This document shows positions 16,882-22,942 of a stretch of DNA of 22,942 nt, one piece after another (the first letter of the stretch is position 1; each line of letters starts with the position of its first letter). A program made the position numbers and the translations under genes. The stretch is from Fidelibacterota bacterium (GTDB taxonomy: Bacteria; Fidelibacterota; Marinisomatia; Marinisomatales; JABMOV01): NCBI GenBank assembly GCA_046861395.1, contig JBHHUC010000032.1, positions 1-22,942 on the forward strand, read 5' to 3'. The notes beneath the pieces were generated by a model that saw nothing but the letters and a program-made list of their open reading frames with translations, made no database searches and was not told the DNA's origin.

Positions 16882-17898
16882 TCAAACTTGTAGATCGGTC
16901 GCTAGGGGTTCAAAAGTTTGTTGCTGTTTAATTTGTTTATCCAACACACCGGTGCAAGAGCTTCCGGCCCCGGCCGTACAGCCGAAACAATGGTCCTCAA
17001 ATACAATGGGCTGGTGTATCATGTCCGAAAAGGTATCTATATCCCAAACGGAACGGGCTGAATGACCTGCTGGCAATTCCAGCATCTGATTGAAATCACA
17101 ATCATATAAATACCCGTCCCAACTGATGGATACCAGATCACGGCACATGATACCATCCGCTGCTATGGGATTGAAATTTGACCGGAGCAGTTCCATATAT
17201 TCTTCCAGTCGGTTCTCTCGCTCCAGATAACGGGCAAAGCGATGTATGGGCATATTGGTAATGGTAAACAACGTGTTGAATGTAATGCCGAAATCCTGCT
17301 GCAATATTCGTTTATAATCCCGTTCCAACTGATGTTGGGCCGGTGGCAATGATGGTCCTATGGGATTATAAACCAAGTCCAGTTGCAAACCGGAATTGGG
17401 TTTTCCGTATCCCAGCGAATTCAGCTTCAACAATGCTTCAATACTTTTCCCGAAAACACCTTTCCCCCGTTGCTTTTCCACATTTTCCCGGGAATAACAT
17501 GGCAGGGAACTCACAATCTGAACCTGGTGTTCGGCCATGAATTCCGCCGTATCCTCCTGTCCTGCTTCATACAGTACGGTGAGATTGCAACGGTCAATCA
17601 CCTGAAGCCCCTGCTTTACAGCGGTGCTGACCAACGTGCGGAAAGAAGGATTCAATTCTGGTGCCCCACCGGTCAGATCCACGGTTTCCAGCGACGGTGA
17701 TTGCGTCATGAGTGTAATGATCCGGTTCACGGTCTTTTCGTCCATATTCTCCGTTCGGTTCGGACCGGCATCCACGTGACAGTGCAGACATGCCTGGTTG
17801 CAAAGTTTTCCCAGATTGATCTGGAGAGTCGTGACTGCTTTGCGTTTCAGGTTCAGGTGATAATGGTTTATGGTTTCTTGAAATGATGTTTTTTTCAT
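16882..17898 (-). CDS. arsS: Arsenosugar biosynthesis radical SAM protein ArsS (TIGR04167-type, Cys-rich C-terminus)
   Basis: TLQINLGKLCNQACLHCHVDAGP (CxxxCxxC), DLTGGAPELN, SLPCY, TITNMPI, YDCDFNQML and HCFGCTAGAGSSC motifs. Confidence 0.92.
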   Translation of the reverse strand: MKKTSFQETINHYHLNLKRKAVTTLQINLGKLCNQACLHCHVDAGPNRTENMDEKTVNRIITLMTQSPSLETVDLTGGAPELNPSFRTLVSTAVKQGLQVIDRCNLTVLYEAGQEDTAEFMAEHQVQIVSSLPCYSRENVEKQRGKGVFGKSIEALLKLNSLGYGKPNSGLQLDLVYNPIGPSLPPAQHQLERDYKRILQQDFGITFNTLFTITNMPIHRFARYLERENRLEEYMELLRSNFNPIAADGIMCRDLVSISWDGYLYDCDFNQMLELPAGHSARSVWDIDTFSDMIHQPIVFEDHCFGCTAGAGSSCTGVLDKQIKQQQTFEPLATDLQV

Positions 17899-20033
17899 GA
17901 ACGTCTCCAGGAATGAAATTTATCCAGCCACTTGAGAGCTCCGGAGGGAGCGTGGGCTTTTTTCCAGTTACCGGCGGCAAACTTCGTGGCTTCACTCAGG
18001 GTTGGGTAAGTGTGAATCGTACCCAGGATTTTATTGAGTCCAAGACCGTATTTCATCGCCAGTACATATTCGGCCATGATTTCTCCGGCATGGGGCCCCA
18101 CTATGGTAGTGCCCAAGATTTTATCTTTGTTGGGAACGGTCAGGACCTTTACAAATCCGCGGTTTTCACCGTCGGCAATGGCACGGTCCAGCCCGGCAAA
18201 ATCATATGTGGTCACTTCATAGGGAATATCTTCCCGTTGCGCATCTTTCTCATTCAATCCCACGCGAGCCACTTCCGGATCGGTAAAGGTGGTCCAGGGA
18301 ATGATGCGATAATCGGCTTTGAACTTTTTCAGGGGGCTGAACAGAGCGTTAATGCTCACATACCAGGCCTGATGGGAAGCAAAATGTGTGAACTGGTATG
18401 GTCCGGTAACATCACCGCAAGCATAGATATTGGGATAATTTGTACGCAGAAATGGATCCACATCGATGGTCCCGTTGGGTCGCAATTCTACTCCCAGTTC
18501 TTCCAGTCCGAATCCAGTCACATTGGCCCGGCGTCCCAATGCAAGCAGAATTTCATCACAGTGAATACGGATTTCCTTTCCTTCATGTTCGCATACGACG
18601 ATTTTTTCATCGCCGTCCCGTTCGAATCGTTTGACCATGTGTCCTGTTTTTACGGTGACACCTTCCTGTTCGAACGTTTCCCGGATGAATGCACTCACAT
18701 CGTCATCTTCCCGGTTCAGAATGCCGTCATAACCTTCCACCTGAGTCACGGCACTGCCGAAACGGGCGAAAGCCTGCGTCATTTCACTGCCGATAGGACC
18801 GCCCCCCACTACCACCAGCCGTTTGGGCAGGGTACGAATATCCCAGATGGTATCGCTGGTCAACGGACTGACTTCTTCCAAGCCAGGAATAGGTGGTGCC
18901 AACGGCCGGCTGCCGGTAGCAATCACGATGTTCCTGGTTGTCAATGTATTGCCGTTCACTTCTACCGTGAAAGGATCAATGATTCGGGCTTCCCCGATCA
19001 TGGCGTCCACTCCTAAACTTTGATAGCGTTCTACGGAATCATGAGGTTCAATGTATTTAATGACACTCTGCACCCGTTCCATGACATGGGCAAAGTCGAA
19101 ATCGACGGTCGTGGAACGAAATCCCCAATCGGTAGCCCGGTGGGCATGATGGAGCATCTTGGCGGAGCGCAGCAATGTTTTACTGGGAACACAACCCGTA
19201 TTTAGGCAGTCACCACCCATTTTCGTTTTTTCGATCACGGCAACCTTGGCTTTGAGAACAGCGGCAATATATGCGGCTACCAATCCACCGGATCCGGCCC
19301 CGATCACAATGATATTGTAATCAAAGTGTCGTGGTTTTTTCGTATTTTTATAGATTTTCCTGGCCCTTACAACTGCTACGATACTCTTTGCAATCCATGG
19401 GAATAGTCCCAACAGGGCAAAGGATAAGAGAACGTCCGGGGATATTATGCCGGAGGCCGATTCCAGTTGGGCCAGTTGTGTTCCCGCATTCACGTAAACG
19501 GCTGTTCCGGCCAGCATTCCCAATTGACTGACCCCGTAGAAGGTCCGTGCCGGTATGGGTGTAAGTCCGAATATCAGATTTATCATAAAGAAGGGGAAAA
19601 TGGGGATTAGACGCAATGTAAATAAATAGAAACCGCCATCCTTTTTAATCCCTTCATTAATGACCTGAAGTTTCTTACCGAAGCGGGACTGGACCGGTTC
19701 ACGAAACAGATACCGGGCGACCAGAAATGCCAGTGTTGCGCCAATGGAACTGGCAAAGGAAATCAGGATTACAGCTGGGAAAAAGCCGAAAATGGCGCCG
19801 CCGGCCAGAGTCAGAATGACGGCTCCGGGAAGGGAAATGGCTGTAGCAAAAACGTAAAGGGCAAAATACCCGGCCATCATGGTAAACTGATGCTCCTGGT
19901 AATAGGCCTGGATTTGTGTCTGTTGCCGTTTTAATTCGGTAAAATTTAAATACTGTCCAATATCAAAATATTGATATACAGCCACGGCACCAAAGAATAG
20001 GGCCATAAATGTTAACACTTTTTTTATGTTCAT
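17895..20033 (-). CDS. TVP38/TMEM64 (DedA/SNARE-associated) membrane domain fused to a class-I pyridine nucleotide-disulfide oxidoreductase
   Basis: N-terminal SLPGA.ILTLAGGAIFG and LRLIPIFPF. C-terminal GAGSGG, GGDCLNTGCVPSK, GGGPIG.E, TFTDPEVA and HTYPTLSE. No MerA C-terminal CC. Confidence 0.9.
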   Translation of the reverse strand: MNIKKVLTFMALFFGAVAVYQYFDIGQYLNFTELKRQQTQIQAYYQEHQFTMMAGYFALYVFATAISLPGAVILTLAGGAIFGFFPAVILISFASSIGATLAFLVARYLFREPVQSRFGKKLQVINEGIKKDGGFYLFTLRLIPIFPFFMINLIFGLTPIPARTFYGVSQLGMLAGTAVYVNAGTQLAQLESASGIISPDVLLSFALLGLFPWIAKSIVAVVRARKIYKNTKKPRHFDYNIIVIGAGSGGLVAAYIAAVLKAKVAVIEKTKMGGDCLNTGCVPSKTLLRSAKMLHHAHRATDWGFRSTTVDFDFAHVMERVQSVIKYIEPHDSVERYQSLGVDAMIGEARIIDPFTVEVNGNTLTTRNIVIATGSRPLAPPIPGLEEVSPLTSDTIWDIRTLPKRLVVVGGGPIGSEMTQAFARFGSAVTQVEGYDGILNREDDDVSAFIRETFEQEGVTVKTGHMVKRFERDGDEKIVVCEHEGKEIRIHCDEILLALGRRANVTGFGLEELGVELRPNGTIDVDPFLRTNYPNIYACGDVTGPYQFTHFASHQAWYVSINALFSPLKKFKADYRIIPWTTFTDPEVARVGLNEKDAQREDIPYEVTTYDFAGLDRAIADGENRGFVKVLTVPNKDKILGTTIVGPHAGEIMAEYVLAMKYGLGLNKILGTIHTYPTLSEATKFAAGNWKKAHAPSGALKWLDKFHSWRRS

Positions 20034-20054
20034 TATTTTATTCCTGTTATAAAT

Positions 20055-20741
20055 CTACCGTGGCAAGACGGCGATGTAATCGATAAAAGCAATGGCGGAT
20101 TCGCCGGTATTATCCGAATCGGACATGATGGCCAGGCTGGCAGTGGCAGGCGGATCCTCGCCAAAAGCAGCCCGGTAATCCCGCAATATATCTACTTCCT
20201 CTTCCTGCCAAGTACCAACTGCTGCGGGACCTTCCCGGAGAACAATCATCTGAGCCTGGTTGGTATAGGCATTGGGAATGATCCCTTTTTCATGGGAACG
20301 ATTGGCCCAGATATAATTCAGGCTGGAATGGGGCGGGTATTCACCATAAACGAGGCGGGCCGCTTCATATTTGAGCGCCTGGGCCCAGCCGGCCTCGTCG
20401 GGGTCATACTGAAAAACAATATAGATCCGGACCGGGTAATCATCACCATCTTTGAAGCGGGCATCCCCTTTTGTAAAGACATTGCTGACCATCCAGCGCC
20501 ACCTGATGACCGGCATTTCATAGACATTGAAAGTTTCAGAAAAAATGACTCCGGATGCCGAAGCCCGTGCTTCAGCCTTCAGGACTGACACCGTATCTCT
20601 TTTTTCTATAGAATAGTAGGTATGGTTTTCAATATTCGGAAACGTCAACGGTTTCCAATGATCCAGCGACGAAAAATCTTCTACGATGGGTTCCGTCCCC
20701 CACAGGACAGAAAAAGCATAAACGAATAAAAATTGTTTCAT
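20055..20741 (-). CDS. DUF3047 family exported protein
   Basis: Signal-like N-terminus plus WRW, K.GDDYP.RIYI.F, LNYIWA, DYRAAFG and IMSDSDNT motifs. Confidence 0.85.
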   Translation of the reverse strand: MKQFLFVYAFSVLWGTEPIVEDFSSLDHWKPLTFPNIENHTYYSIEKRDTVSVLKAEARASASGVIFSETFNVYEMPVIRWRWMVSNVFTKGDARFKDGDDYPVRIYIVFQYDPDEAGWAQALKYEAARLVYGEYPPHSSLNYIWANRSHEKGIIPNAYTNQAQMIVLREGPAAVGTWQEEEVDILRDYRAAFGEDPPATASLAIMSDSDNTGESAIAFIDYIAVLPR

Positions 20742-20749
20742 AATACCTC

Positions 20750-20776
20750 AAAAGAGGGGAAACAGGATGTTTCCCC
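20750..20776 (-). terminator. Intrinsic terminator-like hairpin after doxX
   Basis: Minus strand GGGGAAACA-TCC-TGTTTCCCC (perfect 9-bp stem) followed by TCTTTT, directly ahead of the GAGG RBS of the DUF3047 gene. Confidence 0.65.
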
Positions 20777-20794
20777 CCGCATTTACAGTGCTGA

Positions 20795-21199
20795 TTATTC
20801 TTCACCATTTCCTTTGATGAAAAAGGTCAAACCGGTTAAGAGGATTAGCATTTGAAATTCCATACCACCCATGTTATTGGTTCCTTCGCCCCAACCGGCG
20901 GCAAAACTCCAGCCATTGGGCAGATGAACCATCATGATGGCACCCAGCATGACGACAGCCATGATACCACCGGCGACTCTGGTGGCCCAATCCGGTCCCG
21001 CACCGCCCCATAATATGAGCAGACCGGCAACTACTTCAGCGGTGGCCAGCATGTAAATTATTGCAATGGGCATTCCCATCATGTTGGCCATCATACCGGC
21101 CATGGGGAATTTCCCAAATCCATGATACAGAAATGTTACGGCCAGGGTTGCACGTACTAACCAATGTGCATTGGGGGCCAGTTTTTTTAGAAAATCCAT
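20795..21199 (-). CDS. DoxX family membrane protein
   Basis: R..LA..F..HG..K, AE...G, GAI.MVH..NGW and GGMEFQ motifs. Start moved to ATG 21199 after AAGGAG. Confidence 0.88.
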   Translation of the reverse strand: MDFLKKLAPNAHWLVRATLAVTFLYHGFGKFPMAGMMANMMGMPIAIIYMLATAEVVAGLLILWGGAGPDWATRVAGGIMAVVMLGAIMMVHLPNGWSFAAGWGEGTNNMGGMEFQMLILLTGLTFFIKGNGEE

Positions 21200-21213
21200 A
21201 ATAACTCCTTCAT

Positions 21214-21495
21214 TCAATTCGTGTAAGTCAAGACACGGAACTTTTGCCGGAAGCGACGAATATCGAATCCGCCTAAAAACCACAACCGTTCGTTCACCCA
21301 TACGGCCGGTGTTATAAACGGCGTACGGTTGCCCGGATATGTTTTGGCCGTGTCGGCATCAATGATCTCCAAGACAATATTTGGAAAATCAAAGGCTTCG
21401 GCTTCCAGTTCAGACTGAACCTTATCGCACATCCGGCAAGGATGGCGAACGACCAGTTGAACTTTGTATTGTCTCCGCTGTTTCTCGTGTTTCAT
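21214..21495 (-). CDS. Small glutaredoxin/thioredoxin-fold protein
   Basis: 93 aa with CRMC followed by a helix and a TPAVWVN cis-Pro motif. Confidence 0.75.
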   Translation of the reverse strand: MKHEKQRRQYKVQLVVRHPCRMCDKVQSELEAEAFDFPNIVLEIIDADTAKTYPGNRTPFITPAVWVNERLWFLGGFDIRRFRQKFRVLTYTN

Positions 21496-21532
21496 ACGGA
21501 GGTGAAGGTAAGGGAAGAACTATGGGGCGTAC

Positions 21533-21548
21533 TGTCCTTTGGCTGACA
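21533..21548 (-). promoter_or_regulatory. Crp/Fnr-family site (minus strand TGTCA-GCCAAA-GGACA) upstream of grx-doxX
   Basis: Sits 3 nt after the regulator's stop codon. A -10-like TACCTT at 21510-21505 lies 22 nt downstream. Confidence 0.75.
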
Positions 21549-21551
21549 CAG

Positions 21552-22232
21552 CTATGATTCCAGCCAGTCCAGGTCTTTTACATGAAAATAACGGCGGGTA
21601 TAAGCAATTTTTCCTTCTTGGACCAAATCGTTCAGGACAGCATTGACCGTCTGGCGGGCGGTGGCGGTGAGGTTGGCAATTTCCTGGTGGGCGAGGAAGG
21701 GTCTGACACGAATACCATCCACCATTCTTTTACCAAAGGATTTGGCATAACGCTTTAAAAATGCTTCGATGCGTTCCTGGGCATTCTTAAAGACCAAATC
21801 TTCAACCTGGGCCTGAATTTTACGGAGACGAAAACCAATGAATTTGTTAATGGATTCCGTGACAAGTGGGTTTCGTTTCAATAAATCTTCAAACATGTCC
21901 CGATTTATACTGCAGATCACCACATTTTCCACGGCTTCGGCGATGTTGGTATGTTTATCCTGCCCCAGGAGGGCGCTTTCCCCAAAAATTTCTCCCGGAC
22001 CCAATAAATCAAGGGTCGTGGTACGTCCATCCTCGGTGATGCGGGATATTTTGATCTTTCCTTCTTTCAAGAAATAGATGGAATTGCTTGGTTCATCAGG
22101 GAAGTAAATGATTTCCTTTTTTGCATTTTCCTTCATGTGGCTCATTTTGCTCATTTCTTCCATGGATTTTTCATCCATTCTTTCCAGCAAATTGAAATTC
22201 TTCAAATACCACAATTTTGTTTTTTCAGACAT
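21552..22232 (-). CDS. Crp/Fnr family transcriptional regulator with RQT-type recognition helix
   Basis: IYFLKEGKIKI and GPGEIFGE cNMP-binding-like domain, HTH HQEIANLTATARQTVNAVL. GAGGAGG RBS. Confidence 0.93.
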   Translation of the reverse strand: MSEKTKLWYLKNFNLLERMDEKSMEEMSKMSHMKENAKKEIIYFPDEPSNSIYFLKEGKIKISRITEDGRTTTLDLLGPGEIFGESALLGQDKHTNIAEAVENVVICSINRDMFEDLLKRNPLVTESINKFIGFRLRKIQAQVEDLVFKNAQERIEAFLKRYAKSFGKRMVDGIRVRPFLAHQEIANLTATARQTVNAVLNDLVQEGKIAYTRRYFHVKDLDWLES

Positions 22233-22253
22233 TTCTCCTCCTCGAATTATATG

Positions 22254-22502
22254 TTAATCCTTTACCTCCATGGTCGAGATATAGGTCGGTTTCCGTGCCA
22301 TGAAATCTTCATGGTCCAGGACGGCAAACCCGTGTGCGTTTCTGGTTGGACACGAATTACAGGAGGGACGGCCATCCTGTTTATGCTGCAATAATTCAAG
22401 AACCTGGTCGTCCGTGATCTCTTTCTCACTTTCGACAAACCACCGCAAGGTGATCAAATATTTTTTCATTTCTTTTTTTTCCATAGGTGTAACCCTGTTC
22501 AT
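22254..22502 (-). CDS. Small hypothetical CxxC protein (start may be 22484)
   Basis: 76-82 aa ORF containing CNSC, ending 21 nt upstream of the crp gene on the same strand. Confidence 0.55.
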   Translation of the reverse strand: MNRVTPMEKKEMKKYLITLRWFVESEKEITDDQVLELLQHKQDGRPSCNSCPTRNAHGFAVLDHEDFMARKPTYISTMEVKD

Positions 22503-22841
22503 TCCTTATAATTGCTTTTCATATTACTTTAATTCTTCCCTCAGGTGCAAAAGGGAAATGACACAATTCGGGGTGCCGTCAATACGACCTATGAACAATC
22601 TCACCATCCATCAGAACTGAAAAAAACGTCATTTGCATTATCAAAATCAACATTTGTTATAAAATACCTACGGCATTGGGGTTTCTTGCGTAAACATTTG
22701 CTATAGACGTTCGATCCCTACGGAATCGTTTATTGTTTGCAGGATGAATTATTGACGAGTTTGAACAAAATATTTGATCCGTCAGATAATTGGTGATTTC
22801 TTATCCGTTGGTCGATGATCAAATTACGCCGGAGGGGTAAA

Positions 22842-22942
22842 ATGTCTGTAGAAAGCAAATCACAAAAAACCACCAACCTCGTAGAGGTTGAATGTCGATT
22901 GCGATTATTAAATCATCATTTATTATGCAACACCTGACGGCG
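22842..22942 (+). CDS. Possible CxxU selenoprotein, 3' truncated by window edge
   Basis: Strong RBS GGAGGGG (22831-22837) and ATG 22842. Reads MSVESKSQKTTNLVEVECRLRLLNHHLL-CNT-TGA(22935-22937)-R. The SECIS region is outside the window. Confidence 0.5.

Noticed and set aside
16882..17898. Selenocysteine in ArsS, DUF3179, AhpC/TSA or Grx
   Set aside because: These families can carry Sec, but here all motif positions are ordinary Cys (or Thr) codons with no internal TGA.
17913..19016. 367-aa plus-strand ORF
   Set aside because: Antisense to the conserved disulfide oxidoreductase, consistent with a codon-bias shadow.
17895..20033. Mercuric reductase (merA) or dihydrolipoamide dehydrogenase call
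   Set aside because: No C-terminal Cys pair or NmerA domain and no mer or 2-oxoacid dehydrogenase context. The DedA-fused form is a distinct group.
22620..22830. FNR box (TTGAT-N4-ATCAA) or a fifth TGTC-N8-GACA site in the AT-rich divergent promoter region
   Set aside because: Only isolated half-sites were seen, with no properly spaced palindrome.
1..22942. Alternative genetic code (UGA = Trp or Gly)
   Set aside because: Many genes clearly end in TGA with ATGA/GTGA overlaps, and Trp is encoded by TGG. Recoding is limited to Cys-motif positions.
1..22942. CRISPR arrays, IS elements, integrases, tRNA or rRNA genes (including selC)
   Set aside because: No repeat-spacer arrays, transposase motifs or recognisable structural RNA genes were seen by eye.

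Overview
Gene-dense bacterial window. Lipoproteins, beta-barrels and a YPNPFN C-terminal sorting domain suggest an FCB-group organism such as Marinimicrobia (inference only). Three linked signals are not visible in the ORF track. (1) Selenoprotein genes hidden by in-frame TGA codons. One is a 662-aa secreted LVIVD/Ig-like/redoxin(UxxC)/T9SS-CTD protein (3013-5001). One is a 292-aa signal-peptide + CxxU putative outer-membrane beta-barrel (5923-5045). Each has a 15-nt GU-loop hairpin 11-12 nt after the UGA. A third CxxU candidate runs off the right edge (22842->). (2) A tightly packed minus-strand arsenosugar-type cluster (arsS, arsM, MTA phosphorylase, TIGR04283- and TIGR04282-like transferases, redox partners) that contains an intact PrnC-like flavin-dependent halogenase. 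(3) A 16-bp Crp/CooA-type palindrome TGTC(A/C)-N6-(T/G)GACA found in four intergenic regions, each 21-22 nt upstream of a -10 hexamer, with a Crp/Fnr regulator carrying an RQT recognition helix encoded in the window. Together these suggest one co-regulated selenium/arsenic/thiol-redox island.
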